From contig RDEW01000015.1 in the NCBI GenBank assembly GCA_011109175.1, positions 204,310-268,309 of the forward strand: a stretch of DNA of 64,000 bases, written 5' to 3'. The stretch is from Dicyema japonicum (taxonomy: Eukaryota > Animalia > Dicyemida). The notes beneath the pieces are model-generated. The model searched no databases and was not told the origin of the DNA. It saw only the letters and a list, made by a program, of their open reading frames with translations. Below are positions 51,121 through 63,572 of the stretch, one piece after another; the first letter of the stretch is position 1; each line of letters opens with the position of its first letter. Both the position numbers and the translations under genes were made by a program.

Positions 51121-51823
51121 GAACAGCTGTTCTTATCCTTAAATAAAGTTCACATGGGGGCTATAAATACTATGGGTATCTTGAAAGTGCAGTTATTCGC
51201 TATTTCAAGACAACTACAGTTTGACCCCATTGTGATTTACCTTATGGTTTCTTAAGTGAGAAAAAAACATGTATTCCCCCATTACTATGTATTCTTAAGG
51301 TAAATAAAAACTAGATAATTCTATTAAACAAAATTAAGTAGTCTCATTACTGCTTTTTAATTTTTTTTGGGACCGGCTCATTGGAGGGCTCAATTGAGTC
51401 GAATAGATGGGAGAGAAAACTGTAGCACTCATTTCGGGAGAGAATCTCCTTTCTACAATTTTAAACATAGATTACATGTCCTCTGCCTTGAGGTTACGTC
51501 TGGGATCCAAGTTTTGGTTGTACTCTGTTATTTGGTTGATAATATCCATAAAGTACAACTCAAGTATGAAAGCTAAGATCATATGTACGTAAAACCCATA
51601 AGAATAGGCACAGGAGCAGTCATCTTGCCTACATTCTCGTCATATTGCATTACACGTTTTATTCGTTGCTATTTGTAATGAATGATCAATTACCGGGGGA
51701 AATTTGCCTTCAAATTTTAGACGCTTAACAGGCATATAATAAATTTAAATAATTAATTATTAAATTTAAAATTAAACAAAGAAATTAATTAATTATAACT
51801 TAACCGTCTAGTTTAATTCTACT

Positions 51824-53230
51824 ATGACCTTCATCAAACACATCGATAACGCCATCTCCTCGGCACAACAAAAGCTAAATTTTGTTAAAACACTACTTGG
51901 ACAATATAAGGGGTGTTTCAACTCAAATTTGGACTCGCTCTACGTGCAGTATATTCAACAGTTTCTAACTTACGGATGTGCTGCGTGGGGAACCAAACTA
52001 TCAAACGCGATTATGAAAAAAATCAATACATTCCAAAAAATGGCCAGTAACTCTGCAAAGGTTTTCCTAGACACCACTAAACCCTACACCATTTGAGGAA
52101 TTAATGAGGAAAACCGAAGCCTTACTACCGCCCAAAAAAGTTAGAAACCCACGCCCAATCCGGAAATGTGTTGGAACCCTGGAGGAACACCGAGCAAGAA
52201 TGAGATGGTTATTCGAGGCGACCGGAATCACTTGACAACTATGTAGTTATTTAATTTGTCTAACAAAATTAACTCAATATATATCTGATGGATTCTCCTA
52301 TCCAAAACCACATAAAAGGACCATAATGGCTTCAATAGACTTGAAGAAAGCATTCGACTCCGTGTCCCGGACGCTACTTATAGAGAAAATTTCTGACACT
52401 CTTATAAATCCAAACATTAAAAGATGGCTGTCGAATTTTCTAAATGGAAGAAGAGGACAAGTGATGTCAGACAACAAAAAATCTAAATCCCGTTTATTGC
52501 CGAATGGTGTCCTTCAAGGTTCACCTCTCTCCCCTGCTCTTCAACCTGTACACCAATGACCTTCCCACCAATGATGATCCCGATACATTGATACTCTCAT
52601 ACGCAGATGACATTGTTTTTGCAACGAGAGACTAACTATGAGAAGGCAGGGATGAAACTTCAAAGTTATATTGGTATGTTGGAACATTGGCTCATATCAA
52701 ATCGACTGAAGTTTCTACCGGAAAGTCGTTTATAACAATTTTCTCTACATATAGAAGATCATTATACTCTCCCAAAATCAAATTGTTTGGATATGAAATT
52801 CCTATGAATAAGTCTCCAACAATACTAGGATTAAAGTTGGACACTCCTGACATTAGGCCAACACGTCAATGAAGTTATTACCAAGGTCAGGAGGAGGACC
52901 AACATATTAAAAATTTTGTCCCGATCACCAATCGGGCGCAACACCTTCTTACTACAGACAATACATACTGCCAGTAATCGAATACGCATGTCCTTCCTGG
53001 AGCTCGATGATTTCTGAATCGTCGTCTCAAAAATTAGAAGCCGCACAACTTGCTGTTTTGAAAATAATAAATAAGAAAACTGTGGATAACGTATTGAATG
53101 TTAAAGAACACATAAAATCTACCAATTCTGTTGGATCTTTGAGGATCCCGAACGAGAGCCAGAACCCGGAAAACCGGGATCGCTTAGTTAGTAGTTAACT
53201 TTTTCTAATCCGGTGATCTTGGGGTAAAAA
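51824..53230 (+). mobile_element. Two tandem jockey/I-like LINE fragments
   Basis: First ends GTLEEHRARMRWLFEATGIT*; second has SIDLKKAFDSV, GVLQGSPLSP, YADD, ILGL.LD and a GGGATCGC..GTGATCTT 3' stem. Confidence 0.85.
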
Positions 53231-53238
53231 AACCCACC

Positions 53239-53622
53239 GTCATATCCAAAATAAACAAAATTCAGGTGATCCCAGCCTCCCTCAAACGTCTTCACATTTT
53301 TTCTCGGTGTTCCGACTGCGTTCATGCACATTTCCGATATGGGAGGGGTCTGCATACTCGAGTCCTTAGCAGGGGCACTGTTCTAGTCGCCTTTATCATA
53401 TTTTCAAGGTTTCAATTTCCACAGGGTAAGATTTCCTTAGTAGGTTTGATGCCTTCACTTGAATTTTGCAGATTTTGTCCAAATTCGTTGCAGCAAGGTT
53501 AGATCCCCAAACATTACATGTGTATCCTATCGTAGACTCGATGAACTGTTTGTATATGACATCCAGTCCACTCAGATCTTTATTGTCGCTTAGGTTTCCC
53601 AAAAACGCCTTCAAAAAGTTGA
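53239..53622 (-). mobile_element. 5'-truncated copy of the LINE at 40495-42100
   Basis: Near-identical to 40524-40906. Confidence 0.92.
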
Positions 53623-54269
53623 AAAATCTATATGTACGCTTTTCACCTCAAACCGTCGTTCAAAAGAAGATCCAAGAGTTTCATAGGTCCTGTCCAGATA
53701 CCAGTAACAAGGTCTCCCTCAATTCTTGGATTAATATTCGACAGAAGGTTAAATTTCAACTTCCATGCGAAGAAAGTCCTCACTACCTGAAGAAGTTTAA
53801 CGTTGTACGCGCGTTTGTCCCTAAGACTCCTTTGAATTTGGATACTTCTTTTGCAACAATACCGGAAAACTATCGCTCCAGCTATGGAGTATGCCTCTGT
53901 TGCGTGGAGATTCACGTTATCAGAGACTTCGCTCTACAGACTCAATTCAATATACCGAAAGATTATTCATATGATGGGCCCTCATTCTTTATTAATGGTT
54001 AATCCCCTACTCACGGAAGCTATGACCCGTAATTGCGGATCCGGTCCTTCGGGTCTCTAAGTTGGATGGAAATCCTCTTGGCTTGTTTGTTTCCAAGGCA
54101 AAAGAAAGTCTACTGGTAGAAAGTTCCCCTCCCCAATCGAATTTTTTTGCAGGCACGGTAGTGGGAACATTGGGAGACCACAGACTTTGTTGACTCGTTA
54201 GATTGGGGAATTGGGATTATCTAACTGTCTTACGTTTTTTGTCTTTTTTTCTCAGTGATGCTGGAGTTC

Positions 54270-54505
54270 TAAATAAAATAAATAAACTAGTTAAGTGTAT
54301 CCAGTTTCCACTTACAAAAACAGAGTTATTAACATCACACAAGTCCTACCGGAACCAGCATAAAAGGTCAAAGACGTCCATTCCTTGCAGTTGTGGAAAC
54401 CCTTCAAATGATCCTTTACGTGCCAGCCTGGCACTGGGCGCCACCTGAGACAGGTGGATCACATGAAGCCACTCTTGTAAGAAAAGGACCACACGGCACC
54501 ACGTG
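54270..54505 (-). mobile_element. SINE family B copy with internal deletions
   Basis: Shares ttaagtgtatccagtttccac, gcagttgtggaaaccc, gatcctt..cgtgcc.gcctggcactgggcgccacct..gacaggtggatcacatga.gccactc. Confidence 0.88.
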
Positions 54506-55699
54506 AATATAAATTGACCTAATCAAACTGGTGAGATCTTTGGGAGCGAAAGCTATGCGCCGTTCAATAGCCGCCATCATCCAGTACGACTTCTCAAAGG
54601 TCGTTGAACAGGTTGGCAAGGCAAATCCCAAAAACAAAATAAAAATTATTATAACAACCAATGATCTGTCTCGAATGCTATCATCCATTTCCTTTAAATT
54701 CACTATATTCTCTTTGGAAAAGCCAAATGTACACGTCTTTATCAATAGTGTCGTATTTATATCTATAGTGGCCAACTAATGATATTTTCCTATAATTCTA
54801 CTACATAATTCAATGATCTGATTAAAAATGAGAGTTGCTGACTGCAGAACACTCCCATGTATACATGATTCGAAATATACTTGACTATTGAGACAAGAAA
54901 ATATATTACATTTTATTAGTCTTTTCTATTAAACTACCATTAACAAAATATATACGACCTTCATATAATGGTTTTGATATATTTATTGACAGATAAAGCA
55001 CAAAGCTATAGATGAATCGACTGATTTGTTTGGTTTAATGCCCACTAAACAACAAAAGTAGCATATTAGTGATTGAAAATGGTAAGAATATTTGAATGGA
55101 CCACCAACAGTATTAACATAGACCTTCTCTAATAAACCAAGACCTTCCGAAATAAATAGATTTATTAAAGGTCATTCTAATAAGCAGATTGTCCTTGATG
55201 TCTGGAAAATTTTTAATAAAATATTGAACCTCTATAAAGGATGCTTATATAATATACAAACCAACAAACAAAAGTCCTTCGACTCTGTTTTGACTCTGGA
55301 TAGTTCTCCCTCAGTTGTTGCCGCTATGGTTCAGTCACACCTTAACTGGCTGTCCCCAACATGTCATCTATATGACCGAGGTTTCATGCGTATCTATTAA
55401 GACTACGATGCCATCAAACCCAAGTTTTAGATAATTATGTTGGGTATTTCGTCTGGACAATAGTAATAAGTTTGACTTTTTAACAAATAGAATGTGACCG
55501 CCACATTAATGGAGATGAATAAACAGGTTGCATAAATTGCAAAATAAATTTAAAAAATACATTATCCCATTGTAGAGATATATAATTCTCTTTAACATAA
55601 AAAATGTTGTAGTCATCTTAAAAAGGAAACAATGCTTAACAATTATGGCGATGTCTTGATCCGCGTGATCGTAGGCTCATGGAGCTGGAAATTATAACG

Positions 55700-56580
55700 A
55701 TCACACAAGAAATACGCATATTAGAAAAAGTTAACAAGAATAATTTATGGATACTTCAGTAAATATAAAAAAGTTTGCAAAACATGATGGGTCTTCTTTA
55801 TCCTTAGAAGAGATTCCTAACCTATTTGGGGATGAACATTCAAAAATACCTCGTTAGCCCTTTGTTCCTAAAAGAAAACCTGGAAAAAGTCATTAGTTTT
55901 TTACCACTGCATCACAGCGCTATAAATGCTGGAGAAGTTGAAAATGTAGTAAAATGCACTAATGACAATGCTTCTGGAATGGACAAAATCACTATCCGTT
56001 TGTTCAAGGAAGCACCCCGGAAACTCTATGAATATCTAGTATGTCTCTATATTTGCAGTATCAGGTTAGATCATATACCTCCCAATTGGAAATTGACGGA
56101 GGTCAGGATGATACGTAAATCAGGGAAACCTGGATACTTAGCAAGTAGTTATAGGCCCATAAGCCTTATACCAGCAATCTCAAGAATTATGGAAAGAATC
56201 GATTTAATAGACTCTCTGAACATATAGAACGTAATGATATTAAAAGAGCACCAGTGGGGTTTTTGCAAAAATCACTCTTGTGGACATTGTTTGTACAGTG
56301 TTAACGGGTCAATTGTGAAGGTTTTGGAATCTAAAGGATGTTTGACCGCGATCTTCCTTGATATATCCAAAGCTTTCGATAGTGTGTGGGATCTTGGATT
56401 TCTTGTTTGTCTTGGGAAATAAGGTGTTGAAAAGGAACTATATTTTTGGATACAAAGTTTTCTCTCGGACAGACGGTCAATTGTTAATTTTTTAAACTAC
56501 GAGTCTAGTGAAATTTGGCTGAGTAGAGGTGTCCCTCAGGGTTCACTGCTCAGTCCTCTATTATTCAACATTGTAATGAG
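55700..56580 (+). mobile_element. Jockey/I-like LINE RT fragment (distinct subfamily)
   Basis: ASGMDKI, K.GKP....SSYRPISL, QWGF, FLDISKAFDSVW, GVPQGSLLSPLLFN. Confidence 0.88.
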
Positions 56581-56599
56581 TGAGAGAGTTCAAACGATC

Positions 56600-57620
56600 A
56601 ATTCTCGAAGAGGGAATGACAAATCTCCAGGAGGAGCAGGCAGATTCAATAGTAGGAACAATGACTTGTTAGTAGACCTTGTTGAGGCAAGCAGCAGGGG
56701 GGAAAGGGCTCTTCTTTATGATCGCTTTTAAAATGTTCCATTTTTGAAGACCCTTGGCAAGCACCTCCTCCACCTGACTCGAGAACGTCATCAGAAAGTC
56801 GAAAACTACCCCAAGAATCTACTATGAACGCGTAGAAGTGATAGAAGTATTTCCAAAAAACAGTTCGAGTCCATCTTTAAATCTTCTATCAGTATTGAAA
56901 ATGGTGAACTGGGATTCAGATGCTGACACACATAACATATTTGCATATAACCAGTCACATACATGGTTTAGGTGTGACTGAACAACAGCACGGAAGGAGA
57001 TTTATCTCTTGCAGCGATAATTAAATCGTCCGCATAGGATAAAAACATAGTGTCCTGATCATTGGTAGTAGGTAGGTCATGTAGAAATAGGTTGAAAAGG
57101 AGAGGAGATAAAGGGGAGCCTTGCGGGACCCCATTGGGGAGTAGTCTTGATTTTGAAGTGGTTTTGTCAATCCAGACCCTTGATGTTCGGATGTAAGTTG
57201 GAATTAAAAATCTTTTGCGTTAGGAGTTTCCTCGGAACAGAATCAAAGGCTTTCTGTATATCGATGGATTCTAAGGCCGTCCGTAAGTGTGCTCTCATGT
57301 TGAAGCCGTCAGTAATAAACTGGGAGATATAACCCAAATGAGCCGTTGTAGACTGGTCTGCCCTGCAACCATGTTGAAAATCTGGTAGTTGTAAAACAGG
57401 AGAGATACGTATTAATACAAGCTTTTCCAGCACTTTTGATAAAACAAAAGTTATTGAGAGGCGGTTAGAAGAAGGAACGTCTTTTGGTTTTCCAGGTTTT
57501 AGAATTGGCGTAATCAGGGAATTCTTCCATATATTAGGTAGCGTATGGTAGTTGATAAAGTCGTTGTACAGTCTTGATATTATGGCCCGTGCCTGAGGTC
57601 CAAGGTGTTTGAGGTGAATA
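56600..57620 (-). mobile_element. Jockey/I-like LINE RT fragment
   Basis: PILKPGKP, FQHG, SIDIQKAFDSV, GVPQGSPLSPLLFN, SYADD, ILGVVFD. Confidence 0.88.
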
Positions 57621-57705
57621 GTTTAAGATTTATAGGTCGTCCAGATTTCCTATTAGAAATTTTCCTATAATATCATCCAATTGTTTCTTGAACCAAGCCG
57701 GAACC

Positions 57706-57960
57706 AAGGAATTGCAACAAAGTACCACAAAGGTTTTCTGAAGCAGTTGGGGGTAGATAGGAAGCTCCAGGCCTATCTACAGTTCACTGTGTTAAAGCGG
57801 ACCCTAGAGAGCCTGACACTGGAGTATAGGGGGCAGAGCCATGAGATGCCATATGGATAGAGAGCTCAATTAAATAAGGCTCTCTCGGAGCTGTTTCAGC
57901 ACCAGAATCGAATCTGTCTGAGGAGGTTGGCGAGCAGGCAGGCGAGGAAGGTTGTTGATT
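57706..57960 (+). mobile_element. 5'-truncated copy of the RLE LINE 3' end
   Basis: Near-identical to 4180-4432. Confidence 0.92.
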
Positions 57961-57964
57961 GTAA

Positions 57965-59010
57965 AGTTATTTATTTAATAACCTTGAAAAGGGAACACCA
58001 AGAAAGAGTAAACCAACTAATTAAGTGATCCCGGTACGCCTCAATAGGATCGAGAGGTTTTTCCTATGTTCCTCCAGAGTACCCACGGCTTTTCTGTATA
58101 GACGACGATGATCTTTCACTAGAGTTTGAAGAGGGGTGGGTTTTTTCCCCAAATTACGTGTATTTGAGGCTTCTAGCCTTGAATGGAAGAAACGACTTGT
58201 TTCTTGACCACACAGACCGATGAAGCCGGAGCCGTTATTTTTGATTGCGGCGTAGTCAAGCATTGGGGGAAAAGATCGGGGGTGGATTTGTTAGATGTGC
58301 AAGTTTGCCTGTTTGTGAGTTAATCTTGTATGAATTGGATATTGAAGCTCCATAAGACGATATCGCCTGCATAAGCCAGAAGCAGGTTGTCTTCTCCATT
58401 CGGCGTCGGAATGTCAGCTGTAAATAAGTTGAATAGGAATAGTGAAAACGTCGAGCCCTGGGGTACTCCATTTGGGAATAAACGGGAGACAGAATGAATG
58501 TTTCCTAATGCATACTCTACCTCTCCGTCCACTAAGTTTGTCATCCAGCGTTTGAGGTTTTCAGATATATCTGATTGGTAGATTTTCCATGTTAGATTCT
58601 TCTTCGGCACAGAGTCAAAAGCTTTGTGGACGTTTAGTGAGCATAACACATTTTTCTGCTGTCTTGACTTGTACAGAAATCCAGTGCGAATAAAGTTAGT
58701 CAGGGATGTGAGGAAGCTTGCTGTGGACCGATCCTTTTTGAAACCATGCTGGAACGGTTTATCGGGGGTCCTTTCAGTGATTTTTGCGAGGATAAACTTT
58801 TCCAGAGTTTTTGACATGGAGCATAAGAGAGAAATAGGCCTGAAGGAAGCTGGGTCTTCTTTCGGTTTTCCTGGCTTCAATACTGAGCGAATGTTTTTTT
58901 CCATATCGTTGGGATTGAGTTATAATTAATCGACCAGTTGTAGATTTTGGTCAGGGTACCGATTCCCTCATTGCCTAGGTTTTTCAGGAGGATTATGGGA
59001 ATTCCGTCTG
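57965..59010 (-). mobile_element. Jockey/I-like LINE with internal deletions; likely partner of SINE family B
   Basis: KPGKPKEDPASFRPISLL, FQHGFK, KAFDSV, GVPQG, YAGD, terminal RRTGIT*; 3' UTR matches the family B tail. Confidence 0.9.
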
Positions 59011-59138
59011 TTGACCGGTTACTATTTAAATAAAGATATTTTAAAAATTTTAGATATGGAATATAAAAAATTAAATATAAAATTAATATAATATCTATTT
59101 AAATTAAAAGCGTGCATTAATTAATTTCCATAGAAGTA

Positions 59139-61012
59139 ATGGTACGTTTGTACGTTTACATTTCTTAGCAAGGGCCAATTTTAATCCTAAAGGAGGGGAC
59201 TGATGAATCCCACGGAATTGGACAAGTTATCAGCAACATTAACGCCTGCCAAAAATTGGCCGAATCAGTAAGGACTACCTTAGGTCCTCTAGGGATGGAC
59301 AAACTCATCGTCAATCAACGAGGTAATTCACGTGATCACGGAATTAGGGGAGAGCATCATATCCAACGACGGAGCCACCATCCTGGACAGCCTCGACGTA
59401 GCCCACCCAGCAGCTAAACTTCTTGTTAGTATTGCTAAGGCACAAGATGACGAGGTTATTTGAATACTTAATCCAGATAGGGGATGGTACAACAACTGTC
59501 GTCCTCTTGGGGACAGAGATAATAACCAAACTGAAGCAGTACATGGAGGCTGGAGTTCATACCAGAAACATCATTTCTTCCCTCAGGAAGGCCTCATTTT
59601 TCGTGCTAAATACCATAAACGATCTCAAAGTTGATGTCTATAATACTCTATGTGATGATATGTATTATAAGTCTCTCATTTTAAGGTCTAAACGGACAAT
59701 TTATGAGAATTGTGCTAGGACTTCCCTTAGTTCTAAGATAATTTCCTCAAACAAGGACTTTTTTGCTAAAATGGCTGTGGAAGCTATTCTCACCACATTT
59801 AGTCAACCAAGTATGATGAACGGTGGAACCCGTGCGAATAAAATATCGCCCAGGTCTTTGACTGAGATGATTGGAATAAAAAAGATCCCTGGCGGTGGTT
59901 TGGAGGTCGAATTATGGTTTATCAGTAGGAGTCAGTTCTGGTTAAAGGAGTTGCCTTCAAGAAGACTTTCAGTTATGCGGGGTTCGAGATGTTGCCAAAG
60001 AAGCAAAAGAATCCCAAGATAGCCCTTCTTAACATTGAGTTAGAGATCAAATCAGAGAGGGAGAATGCGGAAATGAGATTAGGCTCTACTGAGGTATCCT
60101 CACAATTTCACTTTAGGATTATCAAGAAGTTGTGGAGGCCGAATGGAAGATTTTGTACGACAAACTGAAGGCCATATACGATTCTGGTGCTACAGTCATT
60201 CTCTCTAAACTTCCCATTGGAGATGTGGCTGTTCAGTATTTTGTTGATTCGTGAGGCTTGCTAATCACCTTTAGTGGTATTTTTGTGGCTGGTCGTGTAC
60301 CTGAGGATGACTTAAACAGGACAATGTACGCATGTGGGGGATCTATTCTGAGTTCCGTCACAAATATTTCTGATAAGGACTTGGGACACTGTGATGTTTT
60401 CGAAGAGATTCAAATTGGCTCTGAAAGGTTAGTTTTGCTTATATTGGAGATTTAACATATTCACTGGTGCTCCCAAGGCACGTACGTGCACTATAATAAT
60501 CCGGGGAGGGACTGAACAGTTCATGGAAGAGACAAGCAGATCTCTACATGATGCCTTGATGGTCGTACGAAGGGCCCTCGTGGCTGATTCCGTTGTTGCT
60601 GGAGCAGGGGCTATAGAGATGGAAATTAGTCGTCGATTGAGAGAGTATGCCCTGTCTGTCTCAGGGAAGGAGCAGGTCTTAATGTTTGCGATCGCCAAAG
60701 CCTTTGAAATAATCCCCAACAGTTGTGTGATAATGCTGGGTTCAACTCTGTGGCCTTGATGAGTGAATTGAGGAAGAAGCATGCTTCAGGTTGTGTGTGT
60801 ATGTTATCTGAGGGGAAATATGGAGTGGGATTGACATAGAGAATGGGTGTACTGCTAATATGATGGAAAAGTCTGTGTTTGAGTTGGCTTCTATGAAGAT
60901 TAATGCATGCACTTCCGCCTTTGAGTTTGCAGTGACTGTCCTTAATGTTGATGGAACTGTTAAGAATCCTAAAGTAAAGCGAGAATTACCGAATGAACAA
61001 TTTGGCCATTAG
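59139..61012 (+). CDS. CCT7: T-complex protein 1 subunit eta
   Basis: [99 protein letters not shown]. Nine introns (27, 25, 22, 24, 23, 23, 24, 22, 23 nt); 1-nt frameshift near 60718. Confidence 0.97.
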
Positions 61013-61508
61013 TGTTATCATTATTTCCTGATTTCTATTCTGTTTTAGACTTTTTTGTTATTTTACTATCATCTTAGACAGGTAGATTATTTTATCATTA
61101 CCGGTAATCACCATTGGGATGTCCTCACAATAACTACTTTTCCACTAGTTTTTTAGATTAATCTTATTTTCGTTATGTTTATATTTCCATATTATTAGGA
61201 TTTAACTTGCTTATTCAATAAATGAACTGTCCACCAAGACATCCGTTTTTATTCAATTTTAGGGTCTCAGCTTTCTCCGAAGCAGAGCCTGGGTTAGTTG
61301 TTGTTGCATCAACTTGTTTAAGGCGATCCAACGACCACTTTAACGACATCCATAATACTTGTATCTGTCCGGCACAATTTAGATGTTTCTAGACATTTTT
61401 ATAAATCGTTATTCATACTAGGCTTTTACATATTCATCAAAGACTATGAGATTATGAATTCTTTTTGTCATTATTTTATAAGGAAAAAAGGAAAAAGAAT
61501 AGTTAATT

Positions 61509-63572
61509 TTAATTCAGCTGTTGGGAGATGCACAAGCTATTCCCACGGACAACAGCCAACGAGAGCCTCTCCTTGAGCCATCTCGTCTCACGAAGATCAC
61601 CAGTTTTGTCAGTTAGTAGTTTTCCCAAATGGTTCAGGAACTTCAGCGTTTTAGGGCCAAAGTTCCCCGAAGTTTCAATCGCGACAGGTGCGAAAATGTA
61701 CCTGTCGCTGATATCCGAGTATTTAGCATTTTTTACTTCCTCTGCTTGAGAAGAAGGTCTGCCCGGTGAATAATTTTTTTGCTTTGAAGACAGAAAAGCT
61801 GGGAGGGCGAGTTCAAGTGGCGAGCGTATCCCAATACCTCCATAACGAAGTTGTAACTTGCATTGGGTCCACCCTGCTTTATCTAGAGAGATGTTAAGTG
61901 TTTCTTCAACAGAGGTCCTCAGCTTCTCATCGATAACTCTCAAGAAATCCATGTCTGTGAAACATGGGGATGTCCGTAGAAAAAAAGGAGTCGTGGTGTA
62001 AGGTGAAAATTCTTGAGGATGAAGAGAGAAATGTGGGAGTCCAAAGCCTTTAGATTGTGCGTGAGCAGCTGTACGGATTCACTCTTCTCCTCCAGGACAG
62101 TTGACATGTCATACAGAGGAGATCCGAGGAAAATCGCCTTTTCTAGTCGGGTGACTTTGATGTCCTGGAGGCAAGTAGAAATGGTCGTTATTGCGCGTTC
62201 AAAGGTGTCCTCTCCACAGGTCACGTTAATAACTTCGCACTTAGATAGATTCGACTCCAGTCCGAGTCCCGCGAGGGCAGGGATGACGCGTTTAACCTCT
62301 TCCACAACAATTTCCCAACTCGCGTCACAAGGTACCATAAGTTCAAAAGAGTTTTGATCGCAGATGATACACAGTCGAGACCCAAAGCAAAGAGTAGAGG
62401 GCCAAGTGGGTCTCCTTGTTGGACTCCAGTCTTGGACTTGATGGCATGTTGTCCGAAGATCAGCGTACACGGGAACCATATGAGAGTCTGACCATCCTGC
62501 TGATCTCAGGAATCCTAGAGACACTATCTCCTATGATTCTATCCCTTCGGATGCTATTGAATGCATTACGTATGTCCAGTTTGACTATAATTGAATCCTG
62601 CGCGTCAGGAGGGCTGGCAACAAAATTCCGGATTGAATGTATTACTGCTTCACATCCATTAGGTACTCCAACTCCGAGTTGGACAGGACTAAGTTCGGCA
62701 CTCAAAGTCTTGCTGGCTGCTCTGGCAGCGATCTTCGACGATAGGCGCCTAAGGACGTTACCAATGGCGATGGGTCTTGTCCCGCCGCAAGGCTTCTTGA
62801 AGGCTACCAACCTCGAAGCGAAGTTCTCGAGCATACTCCGAGATATGGTTTGTAAGAGCATTCAATGAGACGATGAGGGAATCCCCTGTGTCGACGGTTG
62901 TTACAGAGGTGAGGTCTTTTATGTGGCTTGGGCGTAGGCCGTCCAGACCGGCGCCGCTGCTTCCAGGGAATGCACGAATAGCCCATTTAATATCATCAGG
63001 GGTGGCATTTAGTTGTGGCACATCCTTTTGAATTTTCGTGTCACGTAGACAGCTGGTGCGGGCGGATGTTTCTGGACTAACTGGTCTAAGGTTTCTTTGC
63101 TTGGTGAAATAACCTTGTCGCTGCTGGAGAGTGTACGTAGGGCTCCCCGAATGTCCTCGACCATGATATTCTTGTTTATTTCTCTGCGAAGATCCCTTTT
63201 CTTGGTTCTGGATGAAGAGGGTGAGTCAACAGCAGTCGAAATGCTTTCCAGTGTATCCGCCAGGTTGATACTTTCGTATTTAGAAACGTTCCTTTTGATG
63301 ATTGACTTGACATTCCGTTCCTTCAGTTCGGTCGGATGTGATCCGAGGACAAGAGGTGCAAAGCAAAGAAGGCGCATCCAAGCTTCTTGGGTGTTGTCAC
63401 TGACTGCTTTGGTGATTAGTTTTGAGAGACACGTGGCAGCTGCTAGGCGCACTGACTTTGGGATTCTAAGTGGGATAACCCTCTCTGATACAAGCAGGTT
63501 CAGGCGGCGTAAACATTCGTCCGTGTTAGATAGGTCCAGGACTGAACGTATAGGATTAATTGCAGAAAACAT
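61509..63572 (-). mobile_element. CRE-clade-like LINE (RT + RLE), internally deleted
   Basis: KHP, GLDGLRP, RPIAIG..LRRL..K, QLGVG..GCEAVIH, LDIRNAFNS, GVQQGDPLGPLLF, K..KY....F.PVAIETSG..G, ERLSLAVVRGN. Confidence 0.9.

Noticed and set aside
54505-55450. Possible unidentified gene (also 21190-21800, 27100-27480, 27700-28500)
   Set aside because: Some coding-like stretches, but I could not build a consistent exon chain or recognise a motif.
59120-59141. TTTCCATAG just upstream of the CCT7 ATG as a trans-splice acceptor
   Set aside because: Single observation, not repeated consistently before other start codons; could be chance or a 5'-UTR intron.
60705-60730. Single-base frameshifts in conserved genes (CCT7 ~60718, SC5D ~20730, XRN1 ~39540, PIGO ~12280, TRMT1 ~8945) as programmed frameshifting or RNA editing
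   Set aside because: Each is one missing base, mostly in short homopolymers, with no shared slippery or stop motif. This is the typical long-read consensus error; short-read mapping would settle it.
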